From Candidatus Zixiibacteriota bacterium (GTDB lineage Bacteria; UBP14; UBA6098), in assembly GCA_011388305.1 (NCBI GenBank), contig DSAF01000088.1:1-39261 (forward strand): 39,261 nucleotides of DNA, in the 5' to 3' direction. The notes beneath the pieces are model-generated. The model made no database searches and had not been told where the DNA came from. It was given only the letters and a program-made list of their open reading frames with translations. Positions within the stretch are counted from its first letter, which is position 1. Each line of letters opens with the position of its first letter. A program made the position numbers and the translations under genes. This document shows positions 1 through 9,396 of this stretch, in pieces.

Positions 1-217
1 GAATTCAAATATATTGAATTGTTGAACCGCAAATTGAAAACATGGAGACCTTTAAGAGCGATAAGTCGTGCAAAACCCTTCTTCAGCTCAGGTTCGATAC
101 TCAAATTATGAAAGAAAATTATTCGATAATGTCAACTAAACTCACTCACATAGACCCATTTAGTGCAAAGCTACCCTGAAATCATTGAAATTTACTAATC
201 TAAGACTGGAGGAAAAC

Positions 218-817
218 ATGAAGAACGTCCTATTAACAATCCTATGCGCCCTGATTATCGTCACGGGATGCAATGGCGAGGAAGCAAAAGCCCCGGAAGG
301 AGAAACACAACAAATGGCCGAAACAACCGACAGACCAATCGTCGTTATCAAAACCGAGCACGGCGACATCAAAATAGAGCTGAGGCCGGACAAAGCGCCG
401 AAGACAGTCGAGAATTTCCTCAAACTCACGAACGAGGGCTTTTATGACTCGCTGACCTTCCACCGCATCGTCCCGGGCTTTGTAGTTCAGGGCGGCGACC
501 CCAAGGGCGACGGCACCGGCGGCCCCGGATACACAGTCCCCGCGGAGATTTCGCCCGACCTCAAGCACGTCCCCGGCGCGGTGGCGACCGCCCGCCAAGG
601 CGATCAGGTCAATCCCGAGAGAGCATCAAGCGGAAGCCAGTTCTACATCGTCCTCAAGCCCGCGCCGCACCTCGACAATCAATACACGATTTTCGGCAAT
701 GTCATCGAGGGCATGGACGCCGTCTATGAAATCGAAAAGACGCCGCTCGCCGACCCGCGCATGGGTCGTCCGCAAAACCCAATATATATCCTCAAAGCCG
801 AGGAAGTGACGGAGTAG
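218..817 (+). CDS. Cyclophilin-type peptidyl-prolyl cis-trans isomerase, probable lipoprotein
   Basis: Cyclophilin motifs APKTVENF, FHRIVPGFVVQGGDP, SGSQFYI, HLDNQYTIFG; SD GGAGG before ATG 218; N-terminal hydrophobic stretch ending in lipobox-like VTGC. Confidence 0.95.
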   Translation: MKNVLLTILCALIIVTGCNGEEAKAPEGETQQMAETTDRPIVVIKTEHGDIKIELRPDKAPKTVENFLKLTNEGFYDSLTFHRIVPGFVVQGGDPKGDGTGGPGYTVPAEISPDLKHVPGAVATARQGDQVNPERASSGSQFYIVLKPAPHLDNQYTIFGNVIEGMDAVYEIEKTPLADPRMGRPQNPIYILKAEEVTE

Positions 818-820
818 CCT

Positions 821-1465
821 ATGAGGCAAGCTATCATTGCGATACTTTTATTATCAATGGTAGCCATGGGACAGATAATTCAACTTCCACCGCCGCCCGG
901 CAACGACATCGACCTGCACTCGGCAATCGAGAGCAGGAGGAGCCGGCGCACGTTCGGCGACGGCGCAGTGACGTTCGAGCAAATCAGCGAGCTATTGTGG
1001 TCGTCCGCGGGTATCACCGACCCCGGCGGAAGGCTCCGCGCGGCCCCGAGCGCGGGCGCGACATACCCCGTCGATACTTACATCCTCGTAGAGCGCGCCG
1101 AGGGCCTTGCCCCGGGGCTTTATCGATATATCGAGAAAGACCACGCGCTGGAGCTTATCGAGGAGGGCAATTTAGCGGGGAAACTCTCCGAAGCATCGCT
1201 CGGCCAGAACTCCGTCCGCACTGCGGCGGTCTCGATATTGCTCTATGTGATAGTCGAGAGAACCGCATCGCGCTACGGCGACCGCGCTGATCGCTATGTG
1301 AACATGGAGGTCGGCCACATCGCGCAGAATATATACCTTACAGCCGAGGGGCTGAACCTCAGCACGGTAGCGATTGGCGCGTTCGATGATGACGCGGTGG
1401 CACAGCTCTTCGAAGTTGACGGCGCCCTGCGCTATTACATGGCAATCGGCACAAGGCCGGAGTAA
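821..1465 (+). CDS. SagB/ThcOx-family nitroreductase-like flavoprotein with N-terminal signal peptide
   Basis: Motifs RRSRRTF, RAAPSAGATYP, RYGDRADRY, EVGHIAQNIYL, AIGAFDDD; starts 3 nt after the cyclophilin stop. Confidence 0.88.
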   Translation: MRQAIIAILLLSMVAMGQIIQLPPPPGNDIDLHSAIESRRSRRTFGDGAVTFEQISELLWSSAGITDPGGRLRAAPSAGATYPVDTYILVERAEGLAPGLYRYIEKDHALELIEEGNLAGKLSEASLGQNSVRTAAVSILLYVIVERTASRYGDRADRYVNMEVGHIAQNIYLTAEGLNLSTVAIGAFDDDAVAQLFEVDGALRYYMAIGTRPE

Positions 1466-1512
1466 TCTTTTCGAGTTAATCCATGGGGGCGCACGGTCGT
1501 GTGCCCCTATCT

Positions 1513-2583
1513 CTATCCAATATCTTTAAGCGCATCCTCTTTGTCCGCTTTGTGCAGAGCTTCGAGGAGGTTATCGAGGTCGCCGTCGAGCACGGCGGGC
1601 AAATTGTGCGCCGAGTATCCGATTCGGTGGTCGGTGACGCGGTTCTGGGGATAGTTGTATGTGCGGATTTTGTCGGAGCGGTCGCCGGAGCCAACTTGAA
1701 GCCTTCGCTCGTTGGCGCGCTCGGCCTTTAGTTCTTCCTGTTGTTTGGCATAAAGCCGGCTTTTAAGCACCACCAATGCCTTCGCCTTGTTCTTGTGTTG
1801 CGATTTCTCGTCTTGGCACGTGACGACAATGCCCGTGGGGATATGCGTTATTCGAATCGCGCTCTCGGTCTTGTTGACATGCTGGCCTCCGGCGCCGGAC
1901 GAGCGATATGTGTCGATTCGCAGGTCTTCCTCGTTGACTTCTATGTCAACATCCTCGACGGCGGGCAGAACGGCCACGGATGCCGCGCTTGTGTGAATTC
2001 GTCCGCCGGACTCCGTCTCCGGCACGCGCTGGACGCGGTGGACGCCGGACTCGAACTTCATCGCAGAATAGGCGTCATCTCCGGAAAGCTCGAAGACGAT
2101 TTCTTTGAAGCCGCCCAGTTCCGTAGGGTTCGAGTCGAGGATGCTTACTGAGAGCCTCTTTCGCTCTGCAAATTTTGAATACATGCGGAATAGGCTACCC
2201 GCGAATAGCGCGGCCTCGTCGCCGCCGGTGCCCGCGCGAATCTCCACGATAACATCTGCGCCCTCGTTAGGGTCGGGCGGGATGAGCGCGAGCGTGAGCT
2301 TCTCTTCAAGTTCTTCGAGGCGCTCGCGGAGGCGCGGAAGTTCTTCGCGGGCGATTTCCTCGAGCATATCGTCGTCGGCCTCGGCGATAATCGCCTCGCT
2401 CTCGGCTATTTCCCCGGAGATTTGCTCATACTCATCGATGAGCGGAAGCGATGCCTCCAGCTCGCGGAACTCTCTGCCGAGACGGGCGGCGGTTCGCGAG
2501 TCGGAGAGCACCTCCGGCTTTGAAAGCTCGCGGGTCAGCTCGTCATATCGTTCGCGAATTTTTATCAGTTTGTCTAATAGCAT
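1513..2583 (-). CDS. prfA: Peptide chain release factor 1
   Basis: EIRAGTGGDEA, ESGVHRVQRVPETESGGRIHTS (RF1 PxT motif), GAGGQHVNK, KIRTYNYPQNRVTDHRI; start placed at MLLDKL (ATG 2583). Confidence 0.97.
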   Translation of the reverse strand: MLLDKLIKIRERYDELTRELSKPEVLSDSRTAARLGREFRELEASLPLIDEYEQISGEIAESEAIIAEADDDMLEEIAREELPRLRERLEELEEKLTLALIPPDPNEGADVIVEIRAGTGGDEAALFAGSLFRMYSKFAERKRLSVSILDSNPTELGGFKEIVFELSGDDAYSAMKFESGVHRVQRVPETESGGRIHTSAASVAVLPAVEDVDIEVNEEDLRIDTYRSSGAGGQHVNKTESAIRITHIPTGIVVTCQDEKSQHKNKAKALVVLKSRLYAKQQEELKAERANERRLQVGSGDRSDKIRTYNYPQNRVTDHRIGYSAHNLPAVLDGDLDNLLEALHKADKEDALKDIG

Positions 2584-2608
2584 ATTATCTCGTTCGATTA
2601 GTTTTATC

Positions 2609-2654
2609 GGGCGGGCGCCCGTGGGGTTTCCTTCGTCCACCGGCTCGCCCCTAC
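2609..2654 (-). repeat. GTAG-type REP-like palindrome upstream of prfA
   Basis: Minus strand reads GTAG-GGGCGAGCCGGTGG...CCACGGGCGCCCGCCC: a GTAG foot followed by an imperfect GC-rich hairpin. Confidence 0.6.
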
Positions 2655-2659
2655 AATTT

Positions 2660-2685
2660 GTCATTTCGTGCGTAGCGAGAAATCT
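2660..2685. repeat. Half copy of the GTCATTTCG...GAGAAATCT palindromic repeat
   Basis: gtcatttcgtgcgtagcgagaaatct matches 25027-25052 at 23 of 26 positions. Confidence 0.7.
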
Positions 2686-2759
2686 TGTTCCGTAATGTCA
2701 ACGCGGGTTTGCCACCGTCAAATACCTACACCCTTTACCTATCGCCTATAACTTAAAAC

Positions 2760-3680
2760 CTACTCCTCCCCGACGGCCTTCTTAAGCGCTTCGATGGCGA
2801 CCTCGACCATGTCGTCGGTGGGTTCGGATGTCGAAATTCTTTGTAGTGCCAGCCCCGGCCAAACCGTGAAGCGCGCCCAGCGGAACCTATCCGAGAGGGC
2901 GGCGGAGAGCTTAAGCACCTCATAGCAAAGCCCCGCCAACAAAGGCCATAGCGCGAGGTGAAAGAGAAAGCGCTCGAGCACATTCGGGACGATGCCCGTC
3001 AAATGTGTCAGGAGGGCGTCCGCGACGGCGAAGAACAATATCGCCACCACCGCTACGATGAGGATGAAGCTCGTTCCGCAACGCGGATGGAACGTGCGGA
3101 ATTTCTGCGCGGACTCAATCGACAACTCCTCGCCGTTTTCGAACGCGAAGATGGACTTGTGTTCTGCGCCGTGATACTGGAAGAGCCGCTTGACATCCGG
3201 CAGAAAACTTATCGCGATGAGATACCCGATGAAAATGGCGATTCTTAAGCCGCCGGCGGCGAGGTTGAACAGAAACGCCTCTCGCTCAAGGCCGAACAGG
3301 TTCGCGACAAATAGCGGCAGGAACACGAAAAGCCCCACGCCAAGCACAAGTCCGAGGAGCATCGCCGGCCATGTGGCGGACTTCTTTTCGTGCTTCTCGC
3401 CGCGCTCCTCGGCTTCGTCCTGCATTGCGATGTCCGCCGACCAGTTGAGCGTCGATACGCCTACGGAGAGCATCTCGATGAGGTTCAGCGCGCCGCGAAT
3501 AATCGGCAGGCCGAAGAGGAAGTTCTTCTTCGACCACGGCGTTTTGCTCTCGACTTTGGTGGTAATCTCGCCGTTTTTACGGCGGACGGCGGTGGCGATG
3601 TTCGCGCCGCAACGCATCATAACGCCCTCGATTACGGCCTGACCGCCGACTTTTGGCCTATTTGAGCAATCCTTTGACAT
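2760..3680 (-). CDS. DUF1385 family membrane protein (putative metal-dependent)
   Basis: VGGQAVIEGVMMR, FQYHGAEHKSI, HPRCGTSF, PGLALQRISTSEP; typical neighbour of prfA. Confidence 0.93.
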   Translation of the reverse strand: MSKDCSNRPKVGGQAVIEGVMMRCGANIATAVRRKNGEITTKVESKTPWSKKNFLFGLPIIRGALNLIEMLSVGVSTLNWSADIAMQDEAEERGEKHEKKSATWPAMLLGLVLGVGLFVFLPLFVANLFGLEREAFLFNLAAGGLRIAIFIGYLIAISFLPDVKRLFQYHGAEHKSIFAFENGEELSIESAQKFRTFHPRCGTSFILIVAVVAILFFAVADALLTHLTGIVPNVLERFLFHLALWPLLAGLCYEVLKLSAALSDRFRWARFTVWPGLALQRISTSEPTDDMVEVAIEALKKAVGEE

Positions 3681-3686
3681 GCGGCA

Positions 3687-3715
3687 AATATACCCGAAAG
3701 CAAGCTATAAGTCAA
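3687..3715 (-). promoter_or_regulatory. Sigma70-like promoter of DUF1385 (TTGACT-17-TATATT), probably leaderless
   Basis: Hexamers read directly; the -10 ends 6 nt before ATG 3680; no SD. Confidence 0.6.
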
Positions 3716-3799
3716 GCGGGGATTTGTGGAGTATCACGCCGCGACACGAAAGTATTACATAATTCTACCATTTCGACGGGGAAGGGGCGCGAAATGCGA

Positions 3800-5158
3800 T
3801 CACTTGCCTATGCAGAAGCCCTCGAGCACGCGCCCGATGATGTCCGCGTTTTGTTCGAGGCCGCCGGCCTCGCGAACGAGCGAAATTGCGGAGGCAAGCT
3901 CGATAGCGGCGGCATCTGACAGGCCGAGCCGGCAGGCATCAATTGCGCTCTGAAGATTCTCGCGAGCCGTCGTGATGCGCTCGATTTGCCATGCTCCCGC
4001 CCAGAGCGGCTCGCTGTCGGGGGGGATAAGCATCTCGGCGACTCTCTCGCGGATTGTCTGCACGCCTTTGCCGGTGAGGGCGCAGGCGCGGATTGCGCCC
4101 GAAAACTCGCGCGCTTGCGGGAGATCGCATTTGTTGAGAACAACGATGTGCGGAATTTCGCCGGTGAGCTTGAGGACGGCCTCCTCGTCGGCAGTTTCGG
4201 GTGAGCTTCCGTCGAGGACGACTATCGCCATATCTGCGTCCGAGAGCCTGCGGTGCGCGAGGTTCACGCCGATAAGCTCGACCTCGTCGGCGGTCTGGCG
4301 AATTCCCGCCGTGTCAACCAAGACCGCCTCGACATCGCCAAACCGGCAGTGCTCCTCGACAAGGTCACGCGTCGTTCCGGGGGCGTGATGGACGATGCTT
4401 CGTCCTGCGCCCAGAAGCGCGTTTGCCAGCGTGGATTTGCCCACATTCGGCGCGCCGGCAATGACGACCACGGCTCGTTGCGTAAGGCTCTCGCTGGATT
4501 TAAGCGCGGACGCCAGCGCGTCGAGTTGGGCGACGGCTTTCGCGAGCAGTTCTGCCGTTTCATCTGAGGACAGTTCGTCGAAATGCTCGGGGAACTCTGT
4601 CTGCGCGGTGTGTTTAAGCTCGATTTCCTCGAGCGCGCCGAGAATCTCGCCGATTTTTTCCGTAAACTCGCCGGACAGCGTCCTTCCGACGGCCTTGAGC
4701 GCGGAGATGCTGATAGCGCCGATAATCGCGTCTATCGCGCCCGCCTCGGCGATCGAGATTTTGCCGTTGAGTATCGCCCGAAGCGTGAATTCTCCGGGCG
4801 CGGACGGCCTCGCGCCAAGTTCGATGAGCCTGTCTCTGAGCGCGGTCAGCAGTATCGGGCTTCCGTGGAGGGTGAACTCGACGGCATCCTCGCCTGTGAA
4901 TGACCTCGGCGCGCGCCAAACCGTGATGACGCCGGTATCTACGATGCCATCTCCAATGCGAATCTCGACAGCTCGCGCCGTTCCGCCGGACAGCGAGTGC
5001 AAGTCGAGCGAACTTTCAAGCACTTTGCCCGCAATATCGAGCGAATCGTCGCCGGACAGCCGGACAATGCCGAGCGCACTTCGCCCCGCGGGAGTGGCAA
5101 TCGCGACGATGGTATCGTCTCGCGGAAAATCGAGAATGCCCCGATATTCGGCCATCAC
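3800..5158 (-). CDS. mnmE: tRNA modification GTPase MnmE
   Basis: DTIVAIATP, SFTGEDAVEF, PGEFTLRA, GAPNVGKS, PGTTRD, DTAG, NKCD and C-terminal FCIGK. Confidence 0.97.
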   Translation of the reverse strand: MMAEYRGILDFPRDDTIVAIATPAGRSALGIVRLSGDDSLDIAGKVLESSLDLHSLSGGTARAVEIRIGDGIVDTGVITVWRAPRSFTGEDAVEFTLHGSPILLTALRDRLIELGARPSAPGEFTLRAILNGKISIAEAGAIDAIIGAISISALKAVGRTLSGEFTEKIGEILGALEEIELKHTAQTEFPEHFDELSSDETAELLAKAVAQLDALASALKSSESLTQRAVVVIAGAPNVGKSTLANALLGAGRSIVHHAPGTTRDLVEEHCRFGDVEAVLVDTAGIRQTADEVELIGVNLAHRRLSDADMAIVVLDGSSPETADEEAVLKLTGEIPHIVVLNKCDLPQAREFSGAIRACALTGKGVQTIRERVAEMLIPPDSEPLWAGAWQIERITTARENLQSAIDACRLGLSDAAAIELASAISLVREAGGLEQNADIIGRVLEGFCIGK

Positions 5159-6870
5159 GCTTTGGCTAAAGCGCTTTCCTGCTTGGATTTATACTCGACC
5201 CACAGCGTCTGGGCGAGCGAGAAGATGTTGAAGCATAGCCAATAGAGCACCAAGCCCGATGGCATATTCCTGAACATGAAAAGGAACAGCAGGGGCATCA
5301 TATAGACCATGGCTTTCTGCTTGGGGTCTTTCATAGTGAGCTTCTGCTGGATGAACATCGAAATCCCCATGAGAATCGGCAGAATATAGTATGGGTCTTT
5401 GGCAGACAGGTCTGTCAGCCATAGCGCGAACGGCGCGCCGCGCAGGGCGAAGGAGTTCCGAAGCATCGCAAACAGCGCGAAGAAGATAGGCATTTGTGGA
5501 ATCATCGGCAGACACCCGCCCAATGGGTTAATCTTCTCCTTCTGATAGAGCTTCATCGTCTCCTCGTTGAGCTTCTTGACGTCCGTCGCGTATTTCTCCT
5601 TAAGCTCATCCAGCTTGGGCTGGAGGTCTTTCATTTTCTTCATGCTCTGCATCTGTTTGCGCGAGAGCGGAAGGAAGGCGATTTTTATCAGAATGCTGAA
5701 GACGATGATGACGAAGCCGTAATTGCCCAAAATGCCGAATAGAAAGTCGAAAATCAGAATAAATATTTTCGTTATCGGCGCGAGCCATCGCCAGCCGAGA
5801 TCGACGGCCTTCTCGAATTTTCTGCCGTATTCGCTCAATAATTTCAAATCGCGCGGGCCGATATAGACGAGGTCGGTTCTCGAGTAAGGAATATTTCCGC
5901 CGTGATAGCTCAGCCCCACGCCTATCGCGGGGATTTGCCTGTTTGAGCCGTCGAATTTATCCGAGGAATACCATACGCCATCGCCGCGGACGCCGAGAGC
6001 ATAGCCTTCCATTGGGGCAATCATCACGGCGAAATATTTATTGAGCGTCGCGACCCAGCCCGCCGAACCCTCGCTGAAGAAGCGCGGACTTTCGCTCGAG
6101 CTGAACTTCTCGCTGTGATAGGTGTCGCCCAGATAATAGCCCGCACGATAGCTCTGCGAAACATTCTGCTTCACTGCGGGGTCGGAAGGCTCGAGGCCCT
6201 TGCGCCACCAGAGGACAGTCTCATCCAAGCGGTCGAATGCGCTGTCTCCGGCGAATAGCGTGGTGTGCTCGAAAGCGTAGTCGTCATAGCGGAAGTGATA
6301 GCGCCGCTGAAGAAGGCCGCCCTCCGGAAGATATGCCACGAATGTGACTGCGCCCTCGTCGTCGAATTCGTTCAAGACGAGCGTGTCCACATCGACGACG
6401 AAGTTCAGCCCCGCCGACGATATGACCTCGCGTCCTCGATAGGCCACGACCTCGAAATTCGGGCCGACTATTTCGCTGTGGCAGAAGTTCATCGGTTCGC
6501 CGAAAACATCGGGGAATTCCCTGCTCGTGAACGACTTGATGTCGCCGCCGCGGGTTGTCAGCTCGATGTCATAGTGTCGCGTTCTGACGAAAACGAGCTT
6601 TTCGGGGATTGTGTCGAGAGCATCATCTATCTCGCCGCCGATTGAGTGCATCGGAAGCAATGTATCGCCGCTGGGGGAAATATCCTGTTGCCGGGGCCTC
6701 TCCTGATGGACTTCTCCACGGCGCTCGTGGCTGGTGCGGTCGGTCTCGGCCTCGCCGGTTTGTTCGGCGGCGACAGGTTCGGGGTCGCCGCTGACGAACT
6801 TCATATAATATGGCGTCAAAATCAGGATGGCCGCAATAATTATTATTCCGATAACCGTTCTCTTGTCCAT
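5155..6870 (-). CDS. yidC: Membrane protein insertase YidC (with periplasmic domain)
   Basis: MDKRTVIG N-terminal TM, VDLGW, GNYG, NPLGGCLP, WLTDLSAKDPYYILP, PSGLVLYW. Confidence 0.97.
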   Translation of the reverse strand: MDKRTVIGIIIIAAILILTPYYMKFVSGDPEPVAAEQTGEAETDRTSHERRGEVHQERPRQQDISPSGDTLLPMHSIGGEIDDALDTIPEKLVFVRTRHYDIELTTRGGDIKSFTSREFPDVFGEPMNFCHSEIVGPNFEVVAYRGREVISSAGLNFVVDVDTLVLNEFDDEGAVTFVAYLPEGGLLQRRYHFRYDDYAFEHTTLFAGDSAFDRLDETVLWWRKGLEPSDPAVKQNVSQSYRAGYYLGDTYHSEKFSSSESPRFFSEGSAGWVATLNKYFAVMIAPMEGYALGVRGDGVWYSSDKFDGSNRQIPAIGVGLSYHGGNIPYSRTDLVYIGPRDLKLLSEYGRKFEKAVDLGWRWLAPITKIFILIFDFLFGILGNYGFVIIVFSILIKIAFLPLSRKQMQSMKKMKDLQPKLDELKEKYATDVKKLNEETMKLYQKEKINPLGGCLPMIPQMPIFFALFAMLRNSFALRGAPFALWLTDLSAKDPYYILPILMGISMFIQQKLTMKDPKQKAMVYMMPLLFLFMFRNMPSGLVLYWLCFNIFSLAQTLWVEYKSKQESALAKA

Positions 6871-7115
6871 TATTTTCCTTTAAGCTCGGGCACAGGGTCA
6901 TATCCGCCCGGGTTGAACGGATGGCACCGGACGATTCTCTTGACTGTCAGCCATCCTCCGCGTAGCGCGCCGTGTTTGTGGATTGCCTCGAACGCATATT
7001 GACTGCAGGTCGGATAAAACCGGCAAGACGGCGGCATAACTGCGCCGAGAGTAAGTTGATATAGCTTAATTGCGGCCAAAAACGGCCATCTCGATATCTT
7101 TCCCGCCTCACTCAT
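6870..7115 (-). CDS. yidD: Membrane protein insertion efficiency factor YidD
   Basis: [24 protein letters not shown]; lies between rnpA and yidC; ATG 7115. Confidence 0.95.
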   Translation of the reverse strand: MSEAGKISRWPFLAAIKLYQLTLGAVMPPSCRFYPTCSQYAFEAIHKHGALRGGWLTVKRIVRCHPFNPGGYDPVPELKGK

Positions 7116-7440
7116 CGCGGGGAATCCTCTCGGCGAGCCTGCGAAGTTCCGCGAGCAGAGCACCTTCGTCCGCCGTGGAGTCGCGGACTACAAGCAGATA
7201 ATGCCTTCCGTCGGGGAACATCGCCATGTTGAGCCTGATCCACTCGATTAGCACCCTGCGGAGGCGGTTGCGCCGGACGGCGTTGCCTATGCGCTTGGGC
7301 ACGGCGATAGCGAACGCTCTTCCATCTTTGCCGCCAACGACTTTCACAGCGAGCGAGCCGCCATGCAAAATTTTTGCACTTGTTCGGAATTCATCGAAGG
7401 CGCGCCTGCCTCTAATGCGGAATTCGAGCGGCAAGGCCAA
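7108..7440 (-). CDS. rnpA: Ribonuclease P protein component
   Basis: [17 protein letters not shown] (RNR motif); canonical position after rpmH; TTG start. Confidence 0.9.
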   Translation of the reverse strand: MALPLEFRIRGRRAFDEFRTSAKILHGGSLAVKVVGGKDGRAFAIAVPKRIGNAVRRNRLRRVLIEWIRLNMAMFPDGRHYLLVVRDSTADEGALLAELRRLAERIPRDE

Positions 7441-7442
7441 AA

Positions 7443-7604
7443 TTACTGCTTTTTCTCGCCCTTGATAGTCACCTCGACGCAGAGCCTATGGCGGCCCTTC
7501 TTGCGCCGCCGCGATAGAATATCTCTGCCGCTGTGCGACTTCATCCGCGCGCGGAAACCGTGTTTTCTCAAACGCTTTTTGACACTTCTCTTAGTTATAC
7601 GCAT
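7443..7604 (-). CDS. rpmH: 50S ribosomal protein L34 (below the ORF-track cutoff)
   Basis: Manual translation [53 protein letters not shown]; HGFRARM and RRxKGR motifs; SD GAGG upstream. Confidence 0.95.
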   Translation of the reverse strand: MRITKRSVKKRLRKHGFRARMKSHSGRDILSRRRKKGRHRLCVEVTIKGEKKQ

Positions 7605-7641
7605 AATTATCCTCTCTAATTATCGAATCAACAAGGCAGTC

Positions 7642-7669
7642 AATATATACCCATTTATTGATTTGTCAA
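7642..7669 (-). promoter_or_regulatory. Sigma70-like promoter of the rpmH operon (TTGACA-16-TATATT)
   Basis: Near-consensus hexamers ending about 37 nt upstream of the rpmH ATG. Confidence 0.7.
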
Positions 7670-7778
7670 CATCTAAAAGGGCGTGCGAAATTCTGGCTCG
7701 CGGTTGGCCGGCAAAATTTTCATCTCGGCGCGGGTCTCGGTTGATTTCGAAGGTGGCCGCGCCGTCTCGCGAAATCGC

Positions 7779-7806
7779 TTGAATTTTCATCGAAACGGCG
7801 TATTTT
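7779..7806 (+). promoter_or_regulatory. Putative ftsY promoter (TTGAAT-16-TATTTT)
   Basis: Hexamer match upstream of SD AAGGAG and ATG 7832. Confidence 0.5.
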
Positions 7807-7831
7807 AACTGCATAAATAGAAAAGGAGAAC

Positions 7832-8740
7832 ATGGCATTCGAAACTTTTAAGAAAGCGCTCGAGAAGACGCGGAAACTTCTGAACACGCGCGTCGAGGAT
7901 ATATTCGTTGCGGGAAGAACGCTCGAGGAGGACGAGCTTGAAGAACTCGAGGAGGCGCTCATCGCCTCGGATGTCGGCGTCGATGCCGCAAGCAACATAG
8001 TCGAACACATGAAGTCCGTCGCCCGCGCTAACAAAATCCCCGAGGGCGGCCCGATGGCGCTTCTTCGGGATGAAGTCGGCAGGATTATCGGCGAGGGCGT
8101 GTCGGCGAAATTCGCCCTCACCGAAAAGCCGCACGTGATTCTTCTCGTAGGTGTGAACGGCACCGGCAAGACCACCACAGCCGGCAAACTGGCGCGAAGA
8201 ATTCAAAATATGGGCAAGCGTCCGCTTCTCGCGGCCTCGGACACATTTCGCGCCGCGGCCAGCGACCAGCTGGAGATTTGGGCGGAGAGGGCGGGCGTCG
8301 AAATCGTCCGTTCGACATCCGGTGCAGACCCGGCGTCCGTGGCGTTCGATGCCGTATCCAAGGCAGTCGCGGGGAGATTCGACGCGGTAATAGTCGATAC
8401 TGCCGGAAGGCTCCACACCAAGGTCAACCTCATGGAGGAGCTGAAGAAGGTTTCGCGCGTCTGTTCAAAGAAGATTCCCGACGCGCCGCATGACGTTTTC
8501 CTCGTCCTTGATGCCACGACCGGAAACAACGGCATAGCACAGGCGCGAATATTCAATGAGGCGATTGGCCTCACGGGGATAATACTCACCAAGCTCGACA
8601 GCACCGCCAAGGGCGGAATCGCCCTCGCGATTATGCGCGAGATAGGCGTGCCGGTGGTGCTCGTCGGCGTGGGCGAGAAAATCGATGACTTGGTGGATTT
8701 CGAGCCGGAGGGTTTTATCAGCGGCCTCTTCGAGGCATAG
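7832..8740 (+). CDS. ftsY: Signal recognition particle receptor FtsY (NG domain only)
   Basis: ALIASDVG, GVNGTGKTTT, DTFRAAA, DTAGRLHT, TKLDSTAKGG, GVGEKIDDL; no acidic N-terminal domain. Confidence 0.97.
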   Translation: MAFETFKKALEKTRKLLNTRVEDIFVAGRTLEEDELEELEEALIASDVGVDAASNIVEHMKSVARANKIPEGGPMALLRDEVGRIIGEGVSAKFALTEKPHVILLVGVNGTGKTTTAGKLARRIQNMGKRPLLAASDTFRAAASDQLEIWAERAGVEIVRSTSGADPASVAFDAVSKAVAGRFDAVIVDTAGRLHTKVNLMEELKKVSRVCSKKIPDAPHDVFLVLDATTGNNGIAQARIFNEAIGLTGIILTKLDSTAKGGIALAIMREIGVPVVLVGVGEKIDDLVDFEPEGFISGLFEA

Positions 8741-8749
8741 GAGGGAAAA

Positions 8750-9286
8750 ATGGCATTACTCGGAATTGGTCTTTTTGCGGGACTTTTAGTGATAGCCCTG
8801 ACTATCGCCCGCGATGAGGCCGTGAGGCAATGGGCAAGCTCTGATGTTTTCGAGGAGGCGATGGAGTTCGCATCATTCCGCGTCGAGCCGCACCCGATTT
8901 ATCCGCGCAAGGCTCTGCTGTGGATAGCGCTTCTCATGGTCGCAGTGTCGTTTGTGCTACTTTTCACCACGGACATGATATTTCTCGTCACCGGGCTTTT
9001 GGTCATCGGCATGGCGCTGTTTTTTGTCTATGACATTGCCGGCGAAAGAGTTCCCACCGAGATGACAGTTCTCTCCCACGGCCTTCTCTTCGATTCCATC
9101 GGGATAAGCCAGCCGCGCTTTTTTATGCCGTTTGAAAATATTGTTTCGGTCGAGGAGTCGGAGTCAAAATTCACGCTGGTTCTAAAAAAACCGAAATTGG
9201 CCAATCGCTTGCCCCTCAAGTCCCGCCACATCGAAGAGATAACACAGAAAATTGGGGAAGCTATGGAAAAATATAGCGCGGAATAA
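8750..9286 (+). CDS. Hypothetical membrane protein (about 3 TM plus a small C-terminal soluble domain)
   Basis: 178 aa ORF, SD GGAG, 9 nt after the ftsY stop; three hydrophobic segments. Confidence 0.75.
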   Translation: MALLGIGLFAGLLVIALTIARDEAVRQWASSDVFEEAMEFASFRVEPHPIYPRKALLWIALLMVAVSFVLLFTTDMIFLVTGLLVIGMALFFVYDIAGERVPTEMTVLSHGLLFDSIGISQPRFFMPFENIVSVEESESKFTLVLKKPKLANRLPLKSRHIEEITQKIGEAMEKYSAE

Positions 9287-9317
9287 ATAGCAGAAATTCG
9301 CAGAGGTCAAAAAGTTG

Positions 9318-9346
9318 TTGACTGTCTTCGATGCGTTTCATATATT
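9318..9346 (+). promoter_or_regulatory. Sigma70-like promoter (TTGACT-17-TATATT)
   Basis: Hexamers about 50 nt upstream of ATG 9397. Confidence 0.6.
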
Positions 9347-9396
9347 CACATAGTTAGTCGCTTTTCGAATTATATTGAAATTGCAAGGAGCGGAAA

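Noticed and set aside
2584-2664. 27-aa N-terminal extension of prfA in the ORF track
   Set aside because: It runs through REP-like palindromes; RF1 homology begins at MLLDKL (2583).
7605-7831. Possible oriC next to rpmH
   Set aside because: No DnaA boxes, no extended AT-rich unwinding element and no dnaA/dnaN seen.
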